DNA of 64,000 nucleotides, from contig NC_043000.1 in assembly GCF_006345805.1 (NCBI RefSeq), positions 2,666,001 to 2,730,000 of the forward strand, given 5' to 3'. This document shows positions 1 through 14,100 of the stretch, piece after piece. The notes below the pieces were generated by a model. That model made no database searches, was not told where the DNA came from, and saw only the letters and a list, made by a program, of their open reading frames with translations. A program made the position numbers and the translations under genes. Position 1 is the stretch's first letter, and each line of letters begins with the position of its first letter. Source of the stretch: Octopus sinensis. Its lineage: Eukaryota.

Positions 1-47
1 CAGTTGAACCGTCCAACCCATGCTAGCAAGGAAAACGGACACTAAAC

Positions 48-80
<33 letters not shown>
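1..80 (+). mobile_element. RTE 3'-tail fragment
   Basis: ccatgctagca...aaacgatgatgat end motif shared with the LINE copies. Confidence 0.8.
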
Positions 81-83
<3 letters not shown>

Positions 84-125
84 AGGGAAAGGGTGAGAAG
101 CAATAAAAGTAAACAAGGAACTCAC

Positions 126-403
126 ATCATCGTTATCACAGCCAACCATATCTCCATAGGAAACATTATTACATATACAGTAACGGGGTTCGTTCGGGTC
201 TTGCCAATCAACAGGCTGACCATTCTCATCAACTATCTGAAGTTCATTAGAATATTCCTCGGCCCCTATCTGCGGTGAGGAGATGGTTGTATTTGAACTA
301 CTACCCACCACTAGATGGGCAGGTTGAATCTGTGCTGGTTGTGTCTGCTGCTGCTGCTGCGGCTGCGGCTGCTGCTGTGGCTGCGGCAGTGGTGGTGGTG
401 GTG

Positions 404-440
<37 letters not shown>

Positions 441-523
441 CTGAGATGGTGGTGGTAGTGGTTGTTGTTGCTGCTGTTGCTGTTGTTGCTGCTGTTGCTG
501 CTGCTGCTGTTGTTGTTGTTGCT

Positions 524-555
<32 letters not shown>

Positions 556-663
556 TGCTGCTGTTGCTGCTGAGCAGCCTGTTGGGCCACCACTGCTGCT
601 TGTTGGTGCTGGTTGGCAGCAGCAACAGCAGCAGCTGCCGCCGCCGCTGCTGCTTTTGACTGT
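126..663 (-). CDS. ING3: ING3 exon 10 (538 nt): polyA/polyQ/polyP linker and first half of the PHD finger
   Basis: Acceptor ttctcttcaacag at 664; in frame with ORF 42..593; ends [22 protein letters not shown], then donor GTGAGT at 125. Confidence 0.93.
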
Positions 664-3600
664 CTGTTGAAGAGAAAGAAAACAAGACACGGTTACAATG
701 CAGTACAGCAGAAATATGGTGGAGAAAATGTCATCTCATAACAGCCAATCTCCTTACAGTCACTACAAAATATTAGCCAGAAAACCAGGACGTTATCTTA
801 AAAACTGTTGTAAAACTTCACAAAATATTACCTACACTGGCAGTGCCCCAGCATGGCCACAGCTCGTGAGCTGAAACTAGTATCTATCTACACTCCAGGA
901 CAGAATTTCAAAACTGGTCCTTTCTATACTTAAGTGCTACAGCTAACAGACTATTCAAAAAGAATTATCAGGGTATACTCTATGTTACTAAGTGAAGACA
1001 CATGGCTCAGTGGTTAGAGCATTGAGCTTACGATCGTGAGGTTGTGAGTTTGATTCCCAGACCAGGCTGCGTGTTGTGTTCTTGAGCAAGACACTTTATT
1101 TCACATTGCTCCAGTCCACTCAGCTGTAGAAACAAGTTACAACATCACTCGTGCCAAGCTGTATCAGCCCCTTTGCTTTTCCCTTGGGTAACATCGGTGG
1201 CATGGAGAAGGGAGGGTATGTATGGGCGACTGCTGGTCTTCCATAAAAACAATCCTAGGTGGTGCGTTCGCCGGTGAGGCGACTTTCCACCTAGACTTGT
1301 ACCCCAGAGGAGAACCTCTTAGGTGCACACATGGTCATTCATGGACCTACGGAGTCGAGTTTATTCTACATTACTTGTATATCTCTAGATTTTGTAACAG
1401 CTAAAATCTAAACCCTGTAACCCTGACCTAACCACAGCAGATCCCAGATATTTATAGCTCTAAATGTGAGAAAACAAATGAAGTTCACATATTTTTATAA
1501 GCCTGCATGCCATAAGGAGATGACAACTGACTTGTTTCTCTCTGCAAACCAGTATGATCACTCCATCATTTTACAAGCACACTTTATCAAAGATAACATA
1601 AGCCAAGATACCCTTTCTCCTTGAAGATGATATGAATGAAATTTGCCTGCTGTTTCTAGGATGCTAAGCAAATGCATAAAGGATCTTTGTAGTTTCTCTG
1701 AGCTTTGGTTTATATTTATCATAAGAAAACATAGGGATCTTTTTATCTTTGAGAGAAAACAGTTTATCAGAGGTTTGTCACAAACCTCAAAGTGTTTAGC
1801 AGTCTATTATTACCATACTAAGTTTCTACAAAATAGCCTGTTTCCCAACCATATCACTCAGTCAGAGACAAAATGGGATAGCAGAAAGTGAAAATAAAAT
1901 ACTTAAGTGAGTTCAATAAACAGTCTGTAGAAATCTAGAACAACAGGTTTACCACAAGTACTATCATGAATACAGTACAAACATTCTAACACATATATAC
2001 ACAAGTGTTAACTAGTGTGCCTGGCGATTAGAGTCAATTCTAGATGGTGCTAATGGCAGAAGTAGGGAGTTGTGAAAGCAGTAATTCTAACAGCTGTTCA
2101 TTAAAGAGAGACAAAACAGAGATGTAAGAAGCTGATATTAAAGCAATTATCTAACAATGAAAGTAGTAGAGTTGTTCCAAAACAAATATTTATCACTATG
2201 TAAGAAATAAGGCCTGATTAGTGGTAGTAGTGGTGGTAACGACAGCAGTTCTGCTATATCACAACTAATATATACTATACAGTGGTCACTGATCTAGTTG
2301 TGCCCTAAGTGTCTTTAGTGTTAGTGTTTATATGACCGCTAATCGAAATATTGGTTAATAGACAAGGGTTGATACACAATGCATAGTTTGATGTTTTGCA
2401 AAGGTGCTGATGATGGTAGTGTGGATGGTGAAGAGAAATTTAATTTAAAAAATAGGGTGAGAGAAAAGTTGACAGAATTAAACAAATAGATAAGAGTGGG
2501 GTGAGGGAAGGAAGATTGCCACACAAAATGTTAGGGATGAAGCTTACTATCTGTGTATATAATGTATGCATTATTGGTGGAAGCACTCCGTCGGTTACGA
2601 CGACGAGGGTTCCGGTTGATCCGATCAACGGAACAGTCTGCTCGTGAAATTAACGTGTAAGTGGCTGAGCACTCCACAGACACGTGTACCCTTAACGTAG
2701 TTCTCAGGGATATTCAGCGTGACACAGAGAGTGACAAGGCCGGCCCTTTGAAAAAATACAGGTACAACAGAAACAGGAAGTAAGAGTGAGAGAAAGTTGT
2801 GGTGAAAGAGTAAAGCAGGGATCACCACCATCCCCTGCTGGAGCCTCGTGGAGCTTTAGGTGTTTTCGCTCAATAAACACTCACAACACCCGGTCTGGGA
2901 ATCGAAACCGCGATCCTACGACCGCGAGTCCGCTGCCCCTACATGCATTATTACACTACATGGGGATACATATACACACATTTACTCTGTGTATGACACA
3001 GGTATGGTCAAATGGTTAAGAAATCTGCTTCACAATCATGAAGTCTTGGGTTCAATCCTACTGTAGGTCAGTCTGAGACTGAAGATGGGTCAATAGAAAC
3101 TATGTGGAAGCCTGTTGGATGAATTGTAATTCAAAAGGCCAGCCTTACCACACTGTTACATAGATTTTATCTGAGGATGGATAAAGAGTAAAGACTCCCT
3201 TCGGTCATGAATGACCGTAGGATTGCATCTAGAAAGTTCCCCGCCAAGGTACCAGTCCAGGCAAGGTTGTTTATGGAAGACCAGCATACTAGCCTTCTCT
3301 CTCCATGCCACTGATATTATCCAAGGGAAAGACAAAGGCCAATACAGCTTGGCATCAGTGATGTCACAACTGATTTCTACAGGTGAATGAACTGGAGCAA
3401 CATAAAATAAAGTGTCTTGCATGGCTCTAACCACTGAGCCATGCGTATACAAGTCTGTGGAATGCTCAGCCACTGATATTATAATGCAATGAATAGCTAT
3501 TTCAAACATCGGAAATATTATCAAAGCCAACATAAGATTCATTTACTGTGAGTGTAGAATGTAAATGTGTGTAACTATACAACAGTTCTACCCTTACTTT

Positions 3601-6600
3601 GTGTATATAAAAGAAAAAAAAAAAAAAGACATAAAATAAAGCTCCTTCAAGAGTCAGAGAGACTTATAAGGCCAGTTTCCCAGTTTCTGTGGTGATTATA
3701 TTCCCCCCATGGATAGAACACCAGCCCGTCACAGGAACTTTCATTTTTGCCAGCTAAGCAAACTGGAGCAACATGAAATGAAGTGCTTTGCTGCAGAGCG
3801 CATTACTCAGTTCAAGAATTGAAACCACAATCGTACTATACAACAGTTCTACCCTTACTTTGTGTATATAAAAGAAAAAAAAAAAAGACATAAAATAAAG
3901 CTCCTTCAAGAGTCAGAGAGACTTATAAGGCCAGTTCCCAGTTTCTGTGGTGATTTATTCCCCCCATGGATAGAACACCAGCCCGTCACAGGAACTTTCA
4001 TTTTTGCCAGCTAAGCAAACTGGAGCAACATGAAATGAAGTGCTTTGCTGCAGAGCGCATTACTCAGTTCAAGAATTGAAACCACAATCGTACTATACAA
4101 CAGTTCTACCCTTACTTTGTGTATATAAAAGAAAAAAAAAAAAGACATAAAATAAAGCTCCTTCAAGAGTCAGAGAGACTTATAAGGCCAGTTTCCCAGT
4201 TTCTGTGGTGATTATATTCCCCCCATGGATAGAACACCAGCCCGTCACAGGAACTTTCATTTTTGCCAGCTAAGCAAACTGGAGCAACATGAAATGAAGT
4301 GCTTTGCTGCAGAGCGCATTACTCAGTTCAAGAATTGAAACCACAATCGTACAATGAGTCCAACACCCTAACGACTGAGCCACGTGCCTCCACTATTACT
4401 AAGTGTGTATGTGCATCTTTATCTTGGGACATAAACTCATTTGTGTGTGTATATGTATGCATACATGTATTCTGCTCTATATCTGTGTACATTGTCCACC
4501 ACCACTACCAACACGTAACGGTCATTTAACTATCTATAGCTAGAGTGTAATTAACAAGAAGTTGCCTTAGTTGCTAGTGAGAGATTAGTACACATGAGAC
4601 TGACATCAATCAAATCAAATGGTAACAACTGATTACATATCAAAACATTTAAAACAATTTGGCAAAAAAGAATATTCCGGACTATATACCTGACCATGTA
4701 CATAGAGCTGTGTGTATATAAATGTGTTAAGCACTTATCTACTCACCAATCACACTAAACAGCCTCCATATATAAAGTGAAGTACAAGATGGTATTTTGC
4801 TTAAATAATATTTTAGCAAACAAGGATGTTGCAGAATCCACGCCCCCTTCTTAAGAACATTAGTTGGGAGTAAGAACAATCGAATAGCTTTAGCTGTGAA
4901 TTGAAAAATTTGTCATAGATTCATTTTGCTGGAAACCAACCTCCTATTGTTGAATAGTGTTCCTTTATAGTACTGCTGCTTCTAGCATCAGATTGTTAAA
5001 AGCTTATTTCTTTTAGTCCAGCTCAACAGTACATAGTCCGGTATATAGTCCAGCAACAACAATAACAACAACAAAATACGAACAAATTGATTGAAATACA
5101 TATTACAAAATTAAATAAGATGATATTGCTTTAAGTTGAAATAATGGTATGTGGTCACTCCTGACCAGTATCCAGACCAAATTAATATCAATCAGATGTT
5201 ACTGACCATGCAGCTAGATTATAGTAGTAGTAGTAGTAATAGTTAGAGGAGAGCAAGGTTAGTACTATGGCTGAAGGTGTGACTTGCTGAGAAGAACTCC
5301 TTCAGAAATGGTTTAGTAAAGGCAGGAAGTGTGGTGTATTTGAACAAATTCCACAGGTAGTTCAGACGATTAGTTGGTCATGGTGGGATGGAAAGCAGTC
5401 AGTTGTTTGATCAACTAAACAGAGGAAGGATTGACCAGGTTTGAATTTCCTTCAAATGCCACCGTGTCGGTGGCACGTAAAAAGCACCATCCGAATCGTG
5501 GCTGAAGCCAGTGCCGCCTCAACTGGCTTCCGTGCAGGTGGCACGTAAAATGCACCAATCCGACCGTGGCCGATGCCAGCCTTGCCTGGCACCAGTGCAG
5601 GTGGCACGTAAAAAGCACCCACTACACTCACGGAGTGGTTGGCGTTAGGAAGGGCATCCAGCTGTAGAAACATTGCCAGATAAGACCGGAGCCTGGTGCA
5701 GCCTTCTGGCTTCCCAGATCCCCGGTCGAACCGTCCAACCCATGCTAGCATGGAGAACGGACGTTAAACGATGATGATGATGATGTAACTAATTGCATCA
5801 AGCATCAATGGCAATAACCATAGACTACCTCTATCGCACAAGTCAGTGTCAGACTGATTTTAACTAAGTGGTGATGTTCATCACCACTATTACCAAAGAG
5901 CAGAGTTCATCACAAACACTAAATGGTGTAAGTCACAAACTAATTAAATAGTTGTGTTTGTTCACCACTGACATTTGATACTAGTGTTCACCACTGATAT
6001 TAAATGTTAGTGTTTAACACAGACACTAAATAGTGGTCTGCATCACTGATATTAATTAGCAGCATTTATACCTGACATTAAATGTATCTGGGATCACAGG
6101 GACTTAATGATAATGTCTGCCCAGTGCCACACCAAAGATTCTCAGCACTGGGGTGCACAAAAAACACTTTTGGTATGCCCATCTTAATTTACAGGGAATG
6201 TAGGCTAGATGGAATTTTGTGCCTTTCCTACCTGCACCAGGCAAGTAATTTCTCTCTCTTGACCCTCCCCAATCGCTGCTATGCTTCTGGGTTCAAGACT
6301 GCTACTAAGCAGTGGTGTTTGCTACTGACATTCAATGGGACAGTCACAACAGATTCTCAATGTTGCACTCCCAACAACAAATCTAGAGTTTTTTAAAGGC
6401 ATTGAATATCTAAAACATATTCTGGTCATTTAGACTGTGCCATACTGACTGCAAACATTGTTCACTATACCATAATGACCATTAACATCGCCCATCATGT
6501 TATACTAACTATAAATACTGTCACACTCTAGTACGATCCCTCACTGTGTTTATAGCTAAACATAATCACACCTTTGTTTTCAGTGTCATATATTGACCAT

Positions 6601-8087
6601 AAATACTGCTTCTCTATGGTATCGTGACACTGCACACTGTGAAGTATGAGTGAACATTGATTGCATTTGTCATTTAACCCTTTAGTATTTAAACCGGCCA
6701 TACCCGGCCAAAAGTATTTAATTTGTTTTATGTTCAAACTGACCAGATCCAGGCTCTCACACCTACCCTACAATGTTATTCTACATTAAGTAATTGCACC
6801 ATCAAGATCTTGAAGATATGAGATAATGCATGATTAATTCAAATCAATGGGAATCAATAGGCATTATGTTTGATAGAATAATCTGAACACTAAAGGGTTA
6901 AAGTGATCCAACTGTCTGACAACACTACCATCAGGTTATTCACACCACTAGACTAGCTGTAGCAACAAGGAGAAAGAGTGAGTAGGAATGATATAAAAGA
7001 CGTGAAATAATGTTAGTTTGGCATTAATCTAGGAGGAAACAGAAATTGCAACATTTACAGTAGGCAACAGGGACAGAAGCTGACAGTTAAGTCACACGGT
7101 ACAAACAACTTCTGTGGTAGCTAGCACACCAGGCTCCACTATTCTTTGTATGGTATGAATAACTGACAACTTTGTTTTTTCTTTTTTTTTCTTTTTTTTT
7201 AACGAAGAAGGAATGAATGATTGTAAATGCAATTAACCAAACATCCATGTGTATATGTATACATGTGTATGTGTGAATGTAAATATCTATAAACGTTCTT
7301 AAATTCAAATATACATACGCATGGATGTTAAGTTCTTAAATGAAAATTTATATATATATATATATATATATAAACATATATATATAATGGATGTATACAT
7401 GTAGTTTCACATGCACACAGATACACATATACACAAAGTCACACACATGCACGCACACATACATACTCATTCACTTGCATCCATTCTGTTATATGAATAT
7501 AAATAAATTTTTAAAAAATAAAAATAAAAAAAAAAAAACAGAGGCACTTAGAAAGACTCACTTGGTTATTCGCCGCCTGTTTAAATGAGGAGGAAATGTA
7601 GAGAGGGAATTTAGAATTTAGACCAAACAGTCAGGAAGAAATTGAAAATGAGGCATAATTTTAATGACAAAGAAGGTTTAGCTGCAAATGAAGAAGCAGT
7701 ATTTTAACGGGTTCACACTAAACAGTTACCATAGCAACAGATAAGATATAGCTCAAATGACATGTATACGTGTATGGGGGGAAAAAAATAAATAACCTGC
7801 CACATTACTTAACGTTTCAAAAAAAAAATAAATAAATAAATGCACATGCTGATAGCTTTGTTAATGGGTATCAAATGCAAACCCTTTCTTTCTCTTTCAC
7901 TCTCATAATGAATTCACTAGGGTACGTTAAAACTAGTAACAAGCATTCTACACACACACACACACACACAAATATGTTGGTAACATGCTGCAAAGATGGA
8001 TATGTAAGTGTGTGTGTGTATATATATATATATATGTATACATGTATATATATATGTGCACAAATACACACACACACATATATATAA

Positions 8088-8122
<35 letters not shown>

Positions 8123-11100
8123 AATATATATAAAGAGAACAGCAAGCATAAGTGCATAAAAGAAGAGACATTTAACATTGAAATACTTTGACATGGAGAT
8201 CAAACAAAATTATACATTTTGATTTTTAAAAAAACAATTTTGAACACATAAGTAGTAAACTGGAATTAATTGTACAGATCAGCTGAATCAAGTCTAATCT
8301 AGAAATACACATTATAATTTTAAACTATTTGAAATTTGTGTCAGCACCTAGCAGAGCACAGAGAGAGAGAGAGAGAGATAGGATGACTGCTATTTGAAAA
8401 GCCTTCTACTTGGATAATTTAAGATCTATGGTAAGGGGAGTAATTCTTCAAAAGGCTGCTATACTTGGTATTGTTTTATAACAGTTGATTTGGTGAAACA
8501 ACTTTACAATTCAAAGCTAATATCTATAGTTTAATAGTGATCTATCAGTGACCTGTCATTGACATCTGAGTCGTTCAGCTATAGTGTAAGACAAAAGTAG
8601 GAAAAGAAAACTGAATAGACATGATAAGAAATTTCAGCCACCAATGGAAAGATATCGATTATCAAAAGAAATTATTGTGGCATTGACATTTCAGTCGTCC
8701 ATCCATGGTTTAAGACGAAAGTAGGGAAAGAAAATTGAATAGATACTATCAGCCATTCATTGAAAGATATCAATTATCAAAAGAAATTATTGTGGTCTCA
8801 ATCTCCCTGGATAGCAAGGGGTACCTTCTTCACTATTGAGTTGCAAGTGGTAGGGAGTGCATCTAGCTGTAAAGATATCTGCTCCAACATAACCAAAATA
8901 TATAAAGTTGTAACAACAAAACCCTCTTTCAAGGGACATTAAAATTCTTCAATTTTTGTTGTGATGAAAACAAAAATTGAAGGACTGCCTCAATCGGTGG
9001 TATCTGACAAATTTCATTAACAAGATTTAGAGAAACAGAAAAGATGATGTGAAGCACCTTATGAAATATAAAGGATCTATAGTAAATATGAAGCAAAGAA
9101 GATTGTAGAGATGACCTATAGAAATGGTTCTAATACTTAAAGAAAGCAAAAATTCAGATGAATTAAACAGAAACAGTTGTCAACAGAATAGGTATGAAGA
9201 ATTTAAAGTAACAATGAAAGGTAAATTTCTCACAAAGGTAATATATAAAGTTTAAACTATTAGTGAAGTGGAAATTACAGCAGTGTCCAATTGTATGGTC
9301 TATCCACTATGGAATGACATTATGCAATACAAAATTAGATCCATTGTAACAATGAGAGAACTCAATGAGAGAATTCATAATATTCATTCTATGTTATGAC
9401 AACTTGGCAAAGATAAAAAAAAATGTTTTACACATTCAAGTCATATATGAGGATTATACAAAAGTAATGCAAATGAGCAATATAACTTACTAACTACAAT
9501 AGGTTATTCGAATTGCACATGTTGGTATAGTAACCCTTTTTACTTGTCTTACATTGGTTTTAAATAGAAGCAATGTGCAATTATTGAGTTCCTGATGAAG
9601 GAGCGGTGCAGGATGTCCAGCGTCCACACAAGGTGGCAGGTCGTATAAGAAGATGACACCAGTGATAAGAGCAATGAGTACAAAAGAATGAAGAAGTTTA
9701 ACCCTTTCGTTACCAGCCCGGCTGAAACCGGCTGTGGCTCTGTAGTACAAATGTCTTGTTTTCAGAAGTTTTGAATTAAAATCTTCCACCAAAACCTTAG
9801 TCATAATTTGTGTTCCCAACACTAGCTTAATGCTGACTAAGTTCTTTGTTATATTTAAAATAATTGAAAGAAACACAGAGCATCTCAAAATAAATACGGT
9901 AACAAAAGGGTTAAAGGAGAAACCAGTAGTGAAGACAACAGGAGACCATCTATTGTGACCCCCTGATACAAATCACCAGCAAGTGGATGAACTGATAAGC
10001 ATAGACAAATGAGTCACCGTCTGTGAGCTTACTGGACCACTGGACTGTGGTCACAATGTTTAACAAAAGATGGGAAATTTTGGGTATCGTACAGTGTGTG
10101 CAAAATGGGTACTTTGGCAGTTGACATCTGATTTGAAGGAGAGAAGAATAGAAGTCTGATCTGATATGCTGGAAAGTGCTTGAAACGTGGGTACATGTCT
10201 AACATCTTGAAATGAAGACTCAGTCCATGGAATGGTATGACATCTCTTTTGCCATAACTAAGAAGTTCAAGTGTCAAGCAACAGAATGTCATGGTAACTG
10301 TTCTAGGAGATGACAAAAGCATCCCTCTCCTTGATTTTCAGGAACACTGTTGTACTGTGAACCACATGTGGTACAATGAAATACTCAAAAAGCTTAGAAA
10401 AGTTATCTAGAAGAAGAGACTGAACGAAAATCAGAAAACCATCTGCATTCACTCTTGACAATGTATGATCACACACATCGTTGGCAAGAAATTAGGTAAT
10501 CCTCAGATTAGGCTGATTAGTGATCCCTCATCCACCATACAACTCAGATCTGGTGTTTGACTTTCACCTGTTTGGTCTACTGAAAGAAGGCCTTCAGAAA
10601 CAATTTTGATGATACAGATGTGGTGAATTTAGCAGTGAAGAAGTGTATACAACAGTGCACATCTGAAATTTTTTTCCAAAGAGGATTTGAGAGTTGGGTG
10701 CAACAATGATACAAATGCATCACATGTATTGTATAGAAGAAGAGTTACTCTACAAATATGCACAATTTGAATGATCTATACCATGTTAATAAGAAATGTT
10801 ATGCCCAGTTTGCTTTATTTTCAGTACAGTCCTCATATTAACTTAAAAATACCACCACCATGGCACTCCTAGTCTATGAGCCCTTAATGATTCTGGTGAT
10901 AGGGACTCTCCTTCTCCTAACAACAAACTGTATAAAAACACACATCTTTGACTAACAGGGAAATTATAGAAAAGACATAAGGTTCAACATATAATTTAAT
11001 CAATACTGAAACAACATTAGTTCTTTCAGAGCCATATTATAAACAGCTCAAGCCATCACAAATAATGAAACAGCCATGTAACTGAAACTGGAGGTGACTG

Positions 11101-14100
11101 ACAGTACCTCACGAATCGAGTGAAATACAGCTGAGACTTCAACTAAAGTTAAGATGACTGTGAAAGAGTTAAATTATACAAGATATGTTAGCATGGCTGG
11201 GGTGAAATAGTAATGAGTTTTACGATGGACACCGTTGAAAATTTACTTCTGGTTTTACTCAGTTACTATCAAAAATTTTGCTAACTTAATTAAGACCATT
11301 AATGAGTTTTATAAAGGCTACTTAGAAAAATCAAGGAGTATATTATTAGCAAGCTCAGCAAGCTAAGGGTGACAGTTTGGTAATATAACATAGGTCCATT
11401 AAGATTACTGAGACACACACAATTAATAGTGGCTTGTGTCATTTTGATTTTAACACCACCCTTCTACTAACATATCAGTAGGGTGAAGGTGGAGATACTG
11501 AATAATAGAACAGAGTACTGAAGGACATTTGCTTGGTCCATTCTATGAGCCTTTGGTGACATTTTGGTCTATGGTTGCTAATTGGTTCAGGAACTGGATA
11601 ATTGATTCAAAGGTCAGGAGTTCGAATTTTGTCAAAGTCATTATATATACTCCACAGATATAACACTAATTGACTTAGTCAACAATGGTTTGTGTTTTGA
11701 GTGTATATAAATGTAAGATCTTAAAGAACAATGGTAGAGCTGGAATAACCTATTCTATCTAATAGACTCTACAACTCTGTATAAGAATAATAAAAGTTGG
11801 CCGTTGCCAGCCTCGCCTGGCCCCCGTGCCGGTGGCACATAAAAAGCACCATCCGATCGTGGCCGTTTGCCAGACTTGTCTGGTACCTGTGCCGGTAGCA
11901 TGTAAAAAGCACCCACTACACTCATGGAGTGATTGGCATTAGGAAGGGCATCCAGCCGTAGAAACATTGCCAAATCAAACTGGGCCTGGTGCAGCCTTCT
12001 GGCTTCCCAGACCCCAGTTGAACCGTCCAACCCATTCTAGCATGGAAAGCGGACGCTAAACGACGATGATGATGATGTATTGGACTAAAATACAATACAA
12101 TCAACACCATAGACCATCTTTCTTTGAAGCTTCACCAAGCTGTAGCAAATGGTGCTTTGGATGAGAAATATAGTCCCATTTGTGATACATGCTACCCATA
12201 CCCAGCTGCTTGGGTTAGCAAGAACATCTAATCAGGTAAGACAAGACATCAAGCCAGGTCTAAACCTAAAACTAGTGCTGTTGTTGATGATGATAATGAT
12301 AACGATGGTGGTGGTCTGTAATAGCTAATTAAAACTGAAAGGACTTACTTCTTTGAACGTGGCGCCCTTGGAGTAGTTCCGCTGCTAATCGGAGCAGTTT
12401 CTACTACTGGTGGTGTAGGTGTACAATTAGCACTGGAATTGAAAGCAATTTCTTTACCAAATGACAGCTCCTTTGCAATATCAGCTGGCCTGCTCATCGA
12501 TACAATGCTGGCTTTCATGCTAGGAGTACGGCGACCCTGTGCCATCTGAAATACACAAATAAAAGAGATATTTGTCAAGGTTTGTAACAGTAACAAAAAT
12601 ACATATAAGCTCTTCTTCATTCAAAATTATTTTAAGATCATGCCATAAAGCAAAGTCTACAGAATTACCAGTGTATGTCTGTATATTTATATGTGGACTC
12701 AATATCTCAGTAACAAAAAAACTGTGTGTAGATATCAAACAGGATGTATAAAATATTTGGACAACATGAAATAGGTGTGCAAACTTATCTGGGGAAATGA
12801 TTCAAGAATCATCCCTTATTCTACAAGAAAATCAAAGATGGTATAGACTAGTTGGGTATCTTACTACACCTATTCTGTTGTACCCCTGAGCAAAGCATAC
12901 GGCTTTTCATGTTCCAGTTTCCACTCCTGCATCATAGTAGGATGGTGAACAGTATGTGCTAAGAAAGATGTACTCTTTTACTTGTTTCAGTCATTTGACT
13001 GCGGCCATGCTGGAGCACCGCCTTTAGTCGAGCAAATCGACCCCGGGACTTATTCTTTGTAAGCCCAGTACTTATTTTATCGGTCTCTTTTGCCGAGCAG
13101 CTAAGTGACGGGGACGTAAGCACACCAGCATCGGTTGTCAAGCAATGCTAGGGGGACAAACACAGACACACAAACGCACACACACATACATATACACATA
13201 TATACATATATACGACAGGCTTCTTTCAGTTTCCGTCTACCAAATCCACTCACAAGGCATTGGTTGGCCCGGGGCTATAGCAGAAGACACTCGCCCAAGA
13301 TGCCACGCAGTGGGACTGAATCCGGAACCATGTGGTTGGTTAGCAAGCTACTTAACACACAGCCACTCCTGCGCCTATTCAGTTGTTTTAAGAAAAAAAA
13401 AATCTTGCCTCAATAAATAAATCATCACAGACTCATATGTACAGAATGAGCTAGTGAGGGTGTTTCAACAGTGTCACTTCATAAGTTAACACCTTACTGT
13501 CTTAAAAAAAAAAATAGACACATTGGATAATGGTAGTCCAGTGTGTGTATATATGTGTGCATGTATATATATATATATACATACGCACACAAACAGAGTG
13601 AGTGGACAAACAAAAGAAAAGGGCACTCGACACATTTACTAGGAATTACATGTTTTATTATTTAAAACAGATTGATTTGGCTCAATGCAACTTCAAGTTT
13701 TGTGGGCTTCTTCTAACAGAAACCTATTTTGTTCAACTGAATGAGTTGGATTTCTGTTAGAAGCCTACAAAACTTGAAGTTGCATGGAGCAAAATCTAAG
13801 TATTTTAATAATTTAAAAAGAAAAAAAAATAATAATAATAATTGTCCCCCTAGCATTGCTTGACAACCGATGCTGGTGTGTTTATGTCCCCGTTACTTAG
13901 CAGTTCGGCAAAAGAGACCGATAGAATAAGTACTGGGCTTACAAAAGAATATGTCCCGGGGTGGAGTTGCCCGATTAAAGGCGGTGCTCCAGCATGGCCG
14001 CAGTCAAATGACTGAAACAAGTAAAAGAGTAATAATCCTTTCTATTAAAGGAACAAGGCCTGAAATTTGTGAGGAGGGGGGTAGTTGATTACATTGAGCC

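Noticed and set aside
275-690. Overlapping ORFs encoding polyA/V, polyT/A, polyS/N and polyL
   Set aside because: Alternative frames of the CAG/CAA tract; only the frame leading into the PHD fits the splice phases.
5820-6060. Loose repeats of ttcaccactgat
   Set aside because: Highly degenerate minisatellite with no consistent period.
7871-8203. YIYI/VCVC-type ORFs here and near 56528-56933, 58199-58552 and 63391-63615
   Set aside because: Translations of (TA)n, (CA)n and (GATA)n microsatellites.
13135-13420. Recurrent ORFs such as MLGGQTQTH... and MGWTV...
   Set aside because: Chance frames in SINE and LINE-UTR copies; recur with each repeat and lack protein motifs.
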